Assembly: GCF_009914755.1 (NCBI RefSeq)
Contig: NC_060934.1
DNA length: 64,000 nt
Origin: the human T2T-CHM13v2.0 reference genome, Homo sapiens
Strand: one strand, 5' to 3'
Every line of letters begins with the position of its first letter. Positions within the stretch are counted from its first letter, which is position 1. Of the stretch, positions 45,683 to 61,409 are shown piece by piece. The notes below the pieces were generated by a model. It did not search any database, was not told where the DNA came from, and saw only the letters and a program-made list of their open reading frames with translations. A program made the translations under genes and the position numbers.

Positions 45683-46935
45683 TAAAGGTCAAAATGTATG
45701 ATAGCACTTCAGTTTGGTCAGGTATAATGTATTTTGTCTCTCCCTAATATATTGTTAAATTACTCTTAAAATACCACCTACTATTTGACATAGACTTTTC
45801 CTTCCGTTATTTATTGTTTCATATGTTAATTCTGAACCCTGCTCAATTGTAATTATGCACAATTACTTGCTGGCTTTGAGTTGATTTAACCTAAATCAAA
45901 AATCATGGCTTGCATTAAAAATTTATAATAATTATACACTTAAGTCTAGAAATACGTACAACTTAATATGAATTTTGGAGCTGTCTGTTGCTTCTGGCCA
46001 TCCTTTTGTTTTGTCCCCTACCTCCTTTTTGTTAATGTTCTGTGTGGTTTGTGTCTTTTGATTGTTGTCTCATTACTCACATAACATACTGACCCTTTCA
46101 TCTGAGAATTTCAGCAGTAGTAGTTTTGTATGGTAACGATAGCTTTGGATTCATACTTTTTGTTCATCCCACTACTTTTAATATTTATATTAACAGTGAT
46201 TTGTTATGTGTTTACCAGCTAGTAACACTTAGAATTGTTTCAGGAGGAAGAATGGGAAAAGGCATATTCACAAGGTTACAATAAGTGAGTTTTAGGCCTT
46301 GGCCTTCAGGGTCCTGGAGTGTAAAGACTAGAGGAAAGGAGACCAAGAAATCCTAACCTTACAACTTAGCAAAAAACTGAATCTTTTTTATAAGGGTCAG
46401 AGCTTTAGAAAATTTTTTTAAACCTAAGCTAAACAAAGAATGGCAAAAGAAAATGCCACTTTTATCGAAGCCTTTATTTTTATTACAACTGATTATTTTC
46501 TGTTAGTGTAGAAAACTCAGTAAAACAGGATGTGTTCTAGAAATATTGTCTAGGAGATATAATCATGTTTTCTGATAAATTGACAGAAAAGGAAAAATTT
46601 TGTATATTATTATAGCATTGTGTGCAGTTTGCAGTTAGAGCCACTATGGATAGTAATTGTCATTATTCTTAGTTGCTTATCATTTTATTTAGAATTTGTG
46701 AGTTTAAGCTTCCATTTTAAGGTAAAATCAGTTAGTTTGAACACACAATAAATAAGGTTAATAAAGCTTATTTATTGATCATTTCTGTCCACCTACAATC
46801 ATTGCCTTTTGCAGGGTGCCTGTGAGATATAAAATTTATAACTGCCACATCCTTTCTTAGGAATTTTTAAATTTCTATTTTCTTGTAATATGAATACAAG
46901 AATACATTCTTGTAAATGAATGTATTGAACATTAG

Positions 46936-47286
<351 letters not shown>

Positions 47287-47412
47287 TGAGGTTTTTGTTT
47301 TTTTTTTCTTTAATCTTATATATTTTAATCATATGTATAAGATAATTTTACAGTAATATTTTTAAAACATATGCTTTTTAAAAAATCTCAAATTGCTGAA
47401 AGTTATTAATAA

Positions 47413-47691
<279 letters not shown>

Positions 47692-48113
47692 TGATGATGA
47701 TGTTTTTCTGTTTCTTCATGAAGACTACGTCAAATAAACTAATGAACATATTCGAGCCCCTCCTACACAAAATAAAGTTACCTCCCACTGTTTTTTGCAA
47801 TCTTGCCTGGATACCTAACCAGAGAACTAGGATGTTGAATGCTCTGGGGGAACATCCTAACTCAGGTATAAAACAAATTACTGTATCCAAAGGAAAACAG
47901 AATTCTGTGATCTGTGATATAAATAAAATGTGGCAATTTCAAGAGCTAGAAGAAAAGAAAAAAGACAGTTAAACATTTTATTTCCTGCAATGAAGGAGTC
48001 TTCCTAAACTATTATGTCTGTATAAGTAAGTTGATGATTGATCAGTCTTGATCTAATGATATATTTTTATAAGTCATCTGTGTGGCTAATATTTCAAATA
48101 ACTACAGAGTTAA

Positions 48114-48257
<144 letters not shown>

Positions 48258-48402
48258 TGAAGGAGCTTCTGGTTTTTATATGGTGATTTATTATCATGTT
48301 AGAGAAATTTGTGACTTTAATATGCATAACCGAAATGTGGTAATATTAATATTTTTACATAAGTAGAAAGTAAGTCTGCTTCCTTCCTTAACTTAATCTT
48401 AA

Positions 48403-48858
<456 letters not shown>

Positions 48859-49884
48859 TGCTTTGTTGATATAATCAGATATCTGGAAGGTTATTCTCTT
48901 TTAGTTCACGTATCTGCCTCTCTTGCTTTAATAACTGGTTAGTGTTCTGCTGTATGAATATGTCACACTTTATATATCCATCTCCCTCTTGGTGACCATT
49001 TAAATTGTGTCCAGTCTGTTGCTGTTAGAAACAACTCTGCAATATTCATGTTCACATATGAGAACATGCCTGGAAGAAAAATCCTGGAAGGAGATGTTCT
49101 GAGCCAAAGATATTTTTCAGTTATTTCCAAATTACTCTCCAAAGAAATGGTAGTAGTGTACACTTCCGTCCATGTTATATAGGAGTCTCTCTTTGCCCTC
49201 ACCCTTGCCTACAGAATGGGTTAATTTTTAATATTTGTAAATCTAATGTAGTTTTATTCTATTTTATGAATGTGGCTGAAATTAATCATGCTTTGATAGT
49301 CATGGAAGTTTTCAAATATTTCTTCAAAAGGTGCCCTGGGACATGTGGGTCAGGTAATTTTTAGGTCCCGTTTACTTCCATTTGTGTTATTGTCCTTCAG
49401 TGTTTTGACCACTTTTGTAACTGCGTGACTTTGAGTAAATCACTCCCCCTTCATCTCACCCTCCTACACTGCCCCCTGCATTTTACCTCATCTTAAAATA
49501 GAGGCAGAAGACCTGTTATTAAGAGTTGTCTCTAAATCCTGGGAAGGGAAAGGGGACTGGGGAGGTATAAACATGAATAAGTGACCCATCTATAAATGTA
49601 TTTTGCTAAGCATGAATTTGATTCTTTCTTAGAAATTGAAGAGATTTAGAGATTGGTTTTCTCTGAACTTTGGGAAACCCATGGTTAGCAGAGCCCGTGA
49701 TAAAGTTAGAAGAATGACAAAATGATAAAATTGGATAGAGTCTGCTGCATTTGAATATGTAATGTGCATTTGAATATGTATAAAGATATAGCTCTGTACT
49801 GAGTATGTATGAAAACATTAACCTAATATTTTTACATCCTACTAATTTACAGTAGACGATGAAGTATTTTGTAGAATCTTGTGG

Positions 49885-50258
49885 TTTTTTTGGTTGTTTT
49901 TTTTGTTTGTTTGTTTTTTTGAGACAGGGTCTCACTGTGTCCCCCAGGCTAGAGTGCAGTGGTATGATCATGGCTCACTGCAGCATCAAAACTCCTGAGC
50001 TCAAGTGATCCTGCTGCCTCAGCCTCCCCCGTAGCTGGGATCACAGGTGTGATCCACTGCACTTGGCTAATTTTGTTTTTTTTTTTTGAGACAGGGTCTC
50101 ACTGTGTTGCCCAGGCTGGTTTCAAACTTCTGGGCTTAAGTGATCCTCCTGCCTCAGCCTCCCAAAGTGCTGGGATTATAAGTCTTAAGCCACTGCGCCC
50201 AGCCTAATTTTTAAAAAAAAATTTTGTAGAGATGGGGTCTCACTGTGTTGTCCAGGTC
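49885..50258 (-). mobile_element. AluJ-like element plus an extra partial arm
   Basis: Antisense consensus. Confidence 0.88.
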
Positions 50259-51142
50259 ATAGACTCTTAATAGGCCAGCAGTTGTAAGGCACACCATTAT
50301 GTGCCACAAAGAAAAAAACACCTTCGGTTGTACAGCACCATTGGTTATAAGATATAGTCAATTTCAGAGATTAAACTGTGAAAAAAGTACATCTTAAAAT
50401 CAGTGAGATACAGTGTTTTCATTTGTATAAGGATATATTTGGGGGTTTTGATTGCTTTAAAAACATTTACCTTTATTCTGTATCCTTTACTCCTAGCCCC
50501 AGGTGCATGTCAGTAATTACCCACAGACTGCCTTTTTCAAGATCTACTTAAGAGTTTTAGCGCATAGCAGAAAGAAAGATTAATTGCCAAAGCCATTAAT
50601 TACAGATGGCTTTGCCTAGTTAGTGCTCCTAATTAGTTTTGGTTCTTCTGCCTTAATCCCTTTGTGCTTTTTCCCAGAGGAGTGCTATTTTCTCTCTTAA
50701 AAAATCCTCTTACTGCAAATGTTTATCATTCCTTTTTGTTTCTTTGAAGAAAACCATCTCTTATTCTCTCCTTTATCAGTGCTTTCTATTTTTCTCCTTC
50801 CAAGCCTTAAGTTACTATAGCAAACAAACTTATCTCCAGTTGTTGTTCATTCCAACATATTCATTTGTTTTACCTTATTACCAATATAAATGTCATACTC
50901 TGTAATCAGGGATTCTTTATCAGAATTTTATTCTTCAGGAATTAACACAGACTCCTTGAAATTCGATGCAATATTTTTTGTTTGTACATTTTTCTCAGAA
51001 GAGGGTTCACTACTTTTATACAATTCTCAAAAGATTCCATGACCCAAAGAAGATGATAAATAGTGTTGATGTGGCATCCACCATTAAGGTTAAGTGTGGT
51101 GTGCCCTGTGAGTCTGAATGTCTACTTAAGAACCTTAAGTAG

Positions 51143-51491
<349 letters not shown>

Positions 51492-52274
51492 TAGACATTC
51501 AGACTCACAAGGCACATCGCAGTTAACATCAGAATCACTTCTGATGATAATATAAGTGAAGAATATAAGACAGGAGGCGCATATATTAATACCAGCAGAG
51601 CAGCTCCCAGTGTGTCTCTTCAGTTGGAACAGTTGTTGCAGTGGTCTACTTGCTGTCCAGAAGCCTGATAAGAGAAAAAGATTCCCATGGAGAAATGTTC
51701 TTCGAAGTGATAACCATGCTTACTCATAAGGAGTTGAAATGTAGCTTACCTGCTAGTTTTCCTCCAATAAAAATGTGTTTATCTTTCATTCTGATTTGTT
51801 GTGAAGCTTTTGCACACTCTAATTTAAATCTTGGTAGCATATATCTAGTTGAGTACCCACAGTGCACCAGGCTCTATTCCAGGGCCCAGGAAATGGAAGT
51901 CAGTAAGACACGTGGTTCAAGCCCTCCCTGAGACAGATGGTAGTACAGAATGGTATGTGGTATGATGTGCTGTAGCACAAGTTGCTGGTAGAGTGAAAAA
52001 GAAAGCTTCTACCCCAGCACTATCAAACCAACTTCAGAAACAGTGAATTACAGGAAAGATTAGTACTTCCTTTTAATATGATCCATTGTTGAGTGTCAAG
52101 GAATTGTTATTAATTAACATCCTTGAATCTTAGGCCGACATTTAACTGACTGTCATTGTAAGGACACTGTTTGAAGTACTTCACATGTATAAAAATTTCC
52201 ACTTAAACCATACATGCGTTGTGAGATTGGCTCTTAGACTTTGAAAAGTTCATTTTTGTTTACTTCTTTTACAG

Positions 52275-52352
52275 AATTGATATATAAGGAAGTTATGGAC
52301 TTGGAGGAGAGAACCAAGAATGGAGTTATACGGGGGCAGCCCTCTCCTTTAG
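52275..52352 (+). CDS. MAPK8: JNK1 coding exon 10: [26 protein letters not shown]
   Basis: ttacag| acceptor, TAG|gttggt donor; 78 nt. Confidence 0.97.
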
Positions 52353-52984
52353 GTTGGTTACAATATAAGCTTGGTTAAGATTACAGTTTACTTCTTGTGT
52401 TGTAATCTTCAGTGGCCTGAAACCTGCAGTTCTTCCCATATTTACAAAATCATTATTATTCCAGGCTTAATAAGTATAAGGAAATACAGTTTTGTTTTTT
52501 CTACTAATACATTATACTAATATATCAGTAACTGTTCATAAGATGCACATCTTTTTCTATGATACTGACATTCTGAAGAACAGAAATTTAAAAACTTTTT
52601 GTTGGCATTGTTGCTGGGTCTTTAAAGAGGAAACTTCTCAAAATTCAATATACATACCTTTCTATGATCTTGACAGTCTTTACTTTGGATAAATAAAAGC
52701 TTCACTGCAAAATTTAGTACATGTAATACCAAATTGCTGTCTTTCTCTTTTTGATATTATTGATTTGTTGAATGAAGGCAATAACATTAAAACCATCACT
52801 AGAAAGTATTCTTTCTCTAAGAAGAAAACTGGGTTTGTAGGAGTTAAAACTTTTTTTTATCATAAGCTGATCTTATATTTAATGTTAGTACAAGTAAAAG
52901 TATAAAGAATAGAGGGGAAAAGTTAAATGGCAGGTAACATGTACACTAAGTACATACCACATAACAGACACTAGTGGTTTATAT

Positions 52985-53130
52985 ACTTTATTTCATTCAG
53001 CCCCTAAGATCCTAAGGTATAGGATTATTGCACACATGTTATGGATGAGGAAACTAAAGTTCAGAAATTTGAAGTAACATAAGATTCCAAATCTATTATG
53101 TAGATGAACTAATACAGTAACTTCAGAGTG
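52985..53130. mobile_element. MIR fragment
   Basis: gatgaggaaactaaagttcaga core motif. Confidence 0.65.
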
Positions 53131-55960
53131 TGTGGTTTTTTCAGCCTCCCATTTTGTTATCTGGCTGGCAACAGAGACTTCTCTGGCTACAGAGGTTAGG
53201 ACAGTTGTATGAAGGAGGTGAAATTTGAGCTGAGCCTTAAAGAGTGAGTAGTATTTCAAAAGATCTTGATTTTGAAGTAAAACTATGCCATTTTAATTCC
53301 TCAGAAACTTCTACTTTTGAGGAAAAAAATAGATGTTGTATCTAGCATCTTGTATATGGGTAAGGTTTTTTAAACTATAGCGACATTGTATACTATAAAC
53401 ATAATTGTTTAAGCCATTTTTTGTGGCTTGCTTTGACATTTTTGGTTATATATTTTAGAGTTGTATATTTTAAATCTTTGATCAAGAATGCAATCTTCCA
53501 GATTATAGTGTAGATCCTGTTGAATATATGAATTGGTTTTGACCGCTTTTACCTATTTTGGAAATGGCCTTTTCTCTACAATTTACTTATAACAAATTTA
53601 AAGCTCTATTATAAATGCTTTGTGTAATTAATTAGCTTTGTATTGCTATATAGTAGTAGTAGTAACAATTGTTCATGATGGAGGCTCAGGTGGGATTTGA
53701 AAAGTTCATTATGTGGGACAGTTTTATACTTTAGCATACTATCCAAGTGAGTGGCACAGCTGGAGTGCCAGATGTTTGAGTAAATGTAATAATTTCATGA
53801 GTTAGAGCATTTGTATTTGTTCTTAATTTGTAAGTGAATAATTTGAATCTTAGTCCAGCACTTGCTTATGATCACAAAATAAGTCAGTGAAAAAGATAGA
53901 AATTGAGGTTTCTAGACTTTTTCTGGATCCTCAGTTATAGCTTGCAAAGACGAGTATTAGCAAATTAAGCTGTTATAAAAATATTCTGCTCTTGATTTTG
54001 TACTAAAACAGAAGGAGTAGTGTTTGGTAAATCAAAATACCAGATAACCACAGTACCATTTCCACTTGATTTTTAAAAGGAATTTTATTCTTTTTCCCTG
54101 TCGAGTGCCTTCCTATCTTTGTTTTGGTTTGGCTAATAGTAAAGTAAGTTTACCTGCCTTGAGTGTATAGAGGCTCACTTAAGAGAGGAATGACCCACGT
54201 GAGACTAAAGATTTTCCATATTATTACCATTCAGATATTTGAGAATTTACTGTATTGCTTTAAAGAGAAAACAAGTGTGTGTTTTTTCCCCTTAGGTACT
54301 TGATTTTTAGATTAAAAAGTTAACAATGCATTTAAAAGTCAATTTTTATCAGATTAAGACATTTGGGTAACATAATAGACCCTGAACTAGAGGCATATAT
54401 AAAAATTGTATATGTTGGAGCCCTTTTATGGTTTGAATGTTTCAGTACAAGTCTTAGAAACTAGTCATTGTGTACTATGTATGGTACACAGATATACCAT
54501 ACTGTTCAGTCAGAAAAGGCTCATTCCAAGTATTGATTGAACTAAATAGAATATACTATCTGAATTTCACTCTGACTGGGAAGCTAATGGACCTTTCTTG
54601 GGTCTAGGAGATTATCACCTCTTTTACCTCTCATCTCTCAGGCCTGAAATGCTCATCCTGCTTTTCTCTTCCGTTTCAGCTCCCATCACATGCTTTGTCT
54701 CTTGTGGTTCCATTCCTTTCTGTATCCCAGTCCCCTCCCTAAAGATTTTCCTATTCCCACTACACTGCCTATTTTCTTTTTGCATTTGAAGAAAAGCTCA
54801 CAGAAGACTTTTCATATTGAAGTGTTTCATTGCTCATCTGGACAGAATGGAGGGATGATCTCAAATACAGATGCTGGGTTCAGGAGCAGTGGTTTTCAGC
54901 CCATTTGGTTTCAGCATCTTTGGGTGCCTGAACCTCACCCTCAGAAATTCTGCTCAGTGTTCCATTTGAAGACCATTGATTTTATTTCATAAATGTATTC
55001 TTGAGAACTTTTAAGTAACTTGCATTATTCCAATTTGGAATGACCCTTATTTAGTGTTCATGTGGTTCAGAAGTACTTAGCCTAGTGCATGAGTTACCTT
55101 TAACTATCCTTCATCCCCCAGCATAAGTCATTCCTGTCCCCTTCCTAAACCAATCCCCTTGAGAGGATTTCTGTCTCGAGCTCAGGTATTCCTGTTAACT
55201 TTTTAAAATCCAGGAAATGCTTGTTAGGTAATACTTTCGGCAAAGGAAACTGTTTGCTCTTACTATATTTAATAAATCCATATTTCTGCTTATCAAGTAT
55301 TAGAGTAGAAATAAGAAGACCCAAGTTTACTTAACTAGGCCACTTGAGTGACAGTGGCATGTCCCATAACCTCGTGTAAAGTGGGGCAGTTGAATTGAGG
55401 TTTCTTCCTGTTAAACTTAATTTTATTCCTTGTCTTGGCATTTGCTTTAAAACAAGATGTGCCAGAAGTACATCTTGTTTCAAATTTGAATCATTTGAAT
55501 TTTTCCTTTTTAGTGAGAAGCTGTAAAGACTTTTTTGTAGGGAAGTAGCTTTTAACTTTTGTAGTTACACAGTCCTTTAAGATCCTCTGTCCAAAAAAAG
55601 GCATTACAGACAGTTTTGCATGTATTATCCGCAGTATTCACACATACCCTGAAGCCCATTCATGGATCTTGCTGCAGGACCATTTCTAAATGTGGTTCAG
55701 ATGTAAAATTCTTGTCTTAAACTGAAAAACACATTCATTGAAAGGATAGGACTCCACGATTCTAGACATTTTCAGAATTCTCACCTCATAGCTGTCAATG
55801 AAGAGTGTTTTTAAGTTAGTGTGTTGGATATCATTTGCGATTATTTTTAGTGAGCCTTCGAAACCCAAGAGAAAAAAATTACCACTGGAGGCAGTCAGTG
55901 CAGTGCAAGTAGCTTGATCTGCAGCTGTCTGCAACTGATTTGCTGTTTTGTTTCTCATAG

Positions 55961-55977
55961 CACAGGTGCAGCAGTGA
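55961..55977 (+). CDS. MAPK8: Last exon, upstream acceptor: p46 C-terminus AQVQQ* (384 aa)
   Basis: tttctcatag|CACAGGTGCAGCAGTGA; CDS total 1155 nt. Confidence 0.95.
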
Positions 55978-56111
55978 TCAATGGCTCTCAGCATCCATCA
56001 TCATCGTCGTCTGTCAATGATGTGTCTTCAATGTCAACAGATCCGACTTTGGCCTCTGATACAGACAGCAGTCTAGAAGCAGCAGCTGGGCCTCTGGGCT
56101 GCTGTAGATGA
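55966..56111 (+). CDS. MAPK8: Last exon, downstream acceptor (+5 nt): p54 C-terminus [48 protein letters not shown] (427 aa)
   Basis: cacag|GTGCA; matches the end of ORF 55914..56111; CDS total 1284 nt. Confidence 0.97.
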
Positions 56112-59100
56112 CTACTTGGGCCATCGGGGGGTGGGAGGGATGGGGAGTCGGTTAGTCATTGATAGAACTACTTTGAAAACAATTCAGTGGTCTTATTTTT
56201 GGGTGATTTTTCAAAAAATGTAGAATTCATTTTGTAGTAAAGTAGTTTATTTTTTTTAATTTCAGGTGATGTAATTTAAAACCTAAGTTGTGTTTCAAAA
56301 CAGCAACAAAACTGTATTGTATTTTTTTTGCTGTAATTAACTGTATAATGTAAACCTAATTATTTTATCATGGTTTAAATTTTTTGCATATTTGCTTTAT
56401 CTTATGCTGCTGATTTTTTTAACTGAATTTGTAAGATTTTGTTTATCAAAGCAACTATTATGTGGTGACTTGCCTATATCATGAATTATTTAAGATTTTT
56501 ATAGTTTTTTTTAATTAGAATTTATTTCAGATGTTTTGTTCATGATACTATCCTTCAGGGTTATGTGCTTATCAATGAAATAACCCCAGAGGAGTGAGGG
56601 AAAATAACGTGTAGCCAGTTATATTCAGGAATAACTACTGTAAATGATGAACGTGTTAGGAGACCTCCAATATTTGCTACTTGCCAATCCTAATTTAGTT
56701 ACAAGAATTGGTAGGCAATCCTACTTAATTTTGGCAAAAGCCCCGTCATCTAAATGGCAGAATAACTCAGAGCATGTCTTTGAAGATGCTGGGCGTCTAC
56801 CACCACCTTATGTCCCCACCCTACCCAACAAAAATAAGTAAAAAGAATATGGTGTATTCTACAAATTTGTGGCATGCTCAAAGTTTATGATCACATAAAG
56901 GCAAGAGGATACTTCATGAATAATACATTTCAATGCAAATAAACAGATGGTTCACTTCTACTAGCTATGAGCCTGTTTTTGTATACACTGAGTTAATCTA
57001 CTCAGGCTGTAGGTCCCAGCAATGTTCTAGAGTCTGGTCTTTCCCTTTCCTGCAGCTTCGGGTCCTTGGACCTTTCCTGTTTCCTATTACTTGGAGTGTC
57101 TGTCAGTTGAGCACCAGTTGTTCTGGTGTTTCATTTGATTCTACTTGTAGCATAATCATTTATACGAGCTATTGGGAGGTTCCAAACCCTACCTAGATTT
57201 GTGTAGGTGATGTATCAAATGAGCAATATACCGTTCATCTGAAAATAGTAGCACACAGCCATATATAGGATATCATTTTCTAAGGACTGTTTCTTCACAT
57301 TGAGCAGAGCAGGCATAAATGGTGGTTATTTAGTCTAAGTCTTTTATTTTTTTATACCTGATTTTCAACATAACACGCAATGTGGATGTCGAGTAGTGTT
57401 AAGAATGGTGCTGCTCCTGACAAGTGTATGTTAACTGTTTACATTTTCTATCTGTAGAATTATTTCTCTATTACTGAACTTTTCCTAAGTAAAATGTCTT
57501 TGAAGTCTCGTTATTTCTGAAATACGTTGTCTGTAATAGACCCAGGCACCTTTTAAATTATCTCTGGAACAAGAGGGATTTCATGTAATGAACTAGGAAA
57601 TGCATACTCACATAAGCAACAAGGTTCTAGGCAGAAAGCCCCTTGGAATTTGTGACCAACAGGAGCAAGAACAGGTGCGGCTCAACATGCAATGTCTGAA
57701 AATTTGCTTGGCATTTTATTCATATATTTAGTGCAAAATTATTTTTGAGTGAGATATTTTACATCACTGTTAATGTGCAATATTTAAGATTAAAATACAT
57801 TAGCTTTTTTATATACTTTGAAGTAGCAAGTTTGTTTTCGATGGCTTAGAGTCATGATTTCCAGCTTCCCAGCCTTTTTATCAGTCCCTTTTCTAATACA
57901 ACAAGGTGCATTAATTTGATTAGGCAAATTAGAGTTCTAAGACACTTCTTGAATTGTAGACAGAAAATATTGGATTCACAATTTCAGCAGAAATTTGAGA
58001 ATGAGTGTGTTTATATTAATTTCACAATTAGCTGTATTTTCTGTAGCATAGATTATGTCACTGTTGCACTTTCACAGCAGACATGCTTTCAGAAGGTTCT
58101 CATATTTTATGTTTGATTGCTGATAAGCCATCTCTATTGATACAGATTTTGGTTAAGTAAGGAAAACCAGGTGTGTGTCTGTATCATTTATTGTAAATGC
58201 CAGCTGCCACTTGCCAACCATCATGTTCAGTTCAATTCAAAGAAAACAAACTCTCATTACTTAGTGTAAACTAAAATACTTAACAAATTATATCCTAAAA
58301 ACAAGGTCTCTTTGTTAAATGTTGCATGCCCTAGGTTTTAAATTACTACATCCAAATACAGTTTTCGTCTTAAATTTGTTAAGCTAAATATATGTTGGTT
58401 CTTTTTATTTTGGAATCCTTTAAGCATCTTAAACATTTTTTTTTTGAAGAGAAGTTACAAATAACATTTCTATCAGGTAGTACTTGTATGAAACCACCTT
58501 TCTTATTCTATAATTTTGATTTTTCAATTTTATATACTTAATATACTCACTGTCTTACTATCAGAAAGTTATTTTGACCAAGATTTTTATTATCTTCATA
58601 GATTCAGAAAGAGATGCTAATTCTGTACCAATGTCTTCCTGGTTACTATTCTCTTCCCTCTAATATATACTGGCCATTTGTAAAACCATTGTGTTGTTGG
58701 GATCACTTAGTTATACTATACGCAGATAGAGCATCTCAACTCTGTCATAGTGTTTGCTGAACAGTTTTCAGTGTCATGCACCTTTGGCTGCTAATTGTTC
58801 CTGACGTGCACTCTTCCGAGTTGGTAAAGGCACAGTGTGTTCATGCCAGACTTCTAAGAGAAACACCAGCCTCTTAAATCAGAAGCCTACACACAACCCC
58901 CTTAACAATCCAAAGAAGCTTGATGGTGTGCAAAGAAGCATCCTGCCAGCCTTGTCATTGTTCTGTTCTATGCTAATCCTGCTGTGTTGTCTAAAAGATG
59001 GAGGGAAGAGGACATCAGTGTCTGATAGTGAAATCATCAGCAGGAAAGTGAAGCTCTTTCCTTGGTTACAGATAAGACTTGGTTTACACTATTGGCCAGT

Positions 59101-60440
59101 ATCTGCTAAACATATGAAGACTTAACTATTCAGTGTTGCCTAGGCATTCGCCTGCACAACATTTTGAGGTTAGAACATAGAATATTTTCAGAAATACTGT
59201 TGTAGTTTGTGAGTGTTGTTCATTAGTTACACATTAGCTATAGAGTGGATGCATGAAGCCCCATGACACCAGTAAACTTCTCTTACCAGTAGGTAAACCA
59301 AACACCATTCTGTCATTAGCAGCCCTCTTAAATGTTGCCTCTCCGTATCCTGTTGCATTTTTGTGTGCATTGTGTTTCTACTGATCTCTCTTAGGTTTTT
59401 ACGGAATCAAAGGAAACTAATTTTTCCTTAATAGCAAGAAAGATGAAGAGGTAAAGGGCATTGAAGCAGAAATGTATAGTTTGGGGTACGATTAGAAAAC
59501 TCGTAAGGAAAACAGAAGTCCTAATTTCAAACTGACTGCTCTTCGTTAAGTGCTCTTAAGGAGAGTCTAGTAACAGTAACACTTTCTGGCCATTTCTAGT
59601 TTAGATTCTCTTCGTTACTGAAACTTTTGAGAAATATTACCTGTGGATTAATTTTGCACAATGTTCTATTCTCATAATGACTTACAAATTAAACTAGGTT
59701 TTTATTGAACTACCTCACACTAATTTTCTATGCTTTCCCAAGTAAGCTGTTGCCCTGTTAGATCTTTACTGAGTGAATTATAAATGTGTGTTAAATACTT
59801 TCTAGCCAATGTTGACACAATACCAGTAAGTATGTAAAGTATATACCTTACATCAGTAAGAGACACGTGTAAAATCTTTGACTGTATGTCTTGCAAAATT
59901 GTGCTCGTTGACATTATTACTGTTTTTGTAAGTAGAAACCTGCTCGTGATATCGGTCCATTTACATTTTACAAAAGGAGTAAATCTTAGTAAAAATTTTA
60001 CGAAGAAATAAATTACTTTTGTAGGCCCAATATTTGGTATATTTTTGAGAAGCTGTTAATCTTTTAGCTGAATAATGAAGTTAGACTGAATTACGTGTCT
60101 CCCTGGACTGTGACATCTATTTTCTCATTACAGTTTATCCTGGTCAGCAGGGTGTCACACCTGGAAACCTGAGTATGATAGCTGACATTTGCTTTTCTCC
60201 CTCTGCGATGTCATTCCTCCTCCATTCCTCTCCTTCCCTGTGTTCCGTTCCCTCTCCTTTCCTCTAGACAAAACAAAATGGGGCACTTTTTAGGGAATGC
60301 TGAGATCATTATTGTGGTTTTTCATCATTCATGCCCTAGTCATTAAACATGCACCACTGGAATGTAAACAATGTTATCTAGTATGTCAATTGGTTATAAT
60401 ATTTTAAATAAAAAAGAAAAAAGTGGTATGAAAATTATGA
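56112..60440 (+). other. MAPK8: MAPK8 3'UTR (~4.3 kb, AU-rich, no obvious interspersed repeats)
   Basis: Follows the stop codon; AATAAA at 56938, 60007 and 60407; end coordinate approximate. Confidence 0.8.
60407..60412 (+). terminator. Distal polyadenylation signal AATAAA
   Basis: TGTA upstream (60363) and T/GT-rich sequence downstream (60448-60490). Confidence 0.7.
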
Positions 60441-61409
60441 AATTAAGAGTTTTTTCATTGAAAACAAAATCTGTTTGTGGTAAAGTTTTTCTTGGCAATT
60501 TTAGGATTGTCCGTGGATTGGGATAAAAGGGGTCTTGCTAGGGCCGGTTTCTTAGATTTGGATTTTGTACAGATTGTAAAGAGCCTAAATGATCACCCTG
60601 ATTATCTGGTTGATCTGGTCTTGGATTTCTGGTGTTTGAAATTGCTGGATAAACTTTATCTAAAAAAGGAACTTTGCTTCAATGCCCTTAACCTAGTTCT
60701 TGGTAGACATATGAGAGAACAGCCATCGTGACCACTTGGCAAAAATAAGTACTTAAAATTGGGGTCTGTTTCAAAACAAGCAAGAGGTTTTAGCTTTGAC
60801 TGTTTCCAACTTTTGCCATGCTTATTTCCTCTTTGCCTACGTTGGGTCTGCTGCTGTGTGGGAATACAGGGTCCCTGCAGTACCTTCCCAGCCGCTGTAA
60901 TGACGCCACTCCGTCTTGCACAGTTCCTGCTCCAAATGACCTTTGTACCGTGCTGTCTGCCCTCACCTGAACTCACACTGCCCTCCTCTGAGGAGCGGAG
61001 AGGAAGGGGCTGATCTTTTAGCTGCCCGCTGCTGCTGGATCAGCTGCGTGGCAGCTGAGCTGTTTCATCACCGTCATAGAGAGGCCTCCCAGGAGAAACG
61101 GTAGCAGAAGCAAGTGTCAGAATGTTGGGAATAAACTTGTTTTTACTTTTTTTCATTTTCACCAGTTGTAAAGTGGAATAATTCATCCTCGTTAATTTAG
61201 GTACTTTTTTTTTTTTCTTTTTCAGTATTGTTCCTGAAAAGGTCTATTAACTTGATCTAAGTGAAGATTGATTTGTAGTGATTTTGTGGTTTAAGAAAAA
61301 TTTTTTTAGCTGTTAATGGTTATATACCAGTATTTCTTTGGACTTCATTTGAAACCAAAAGATACTTCAAATATGCTTTGTAAATTTTAGGTTTCTGTCT
61401 AACATGTAC

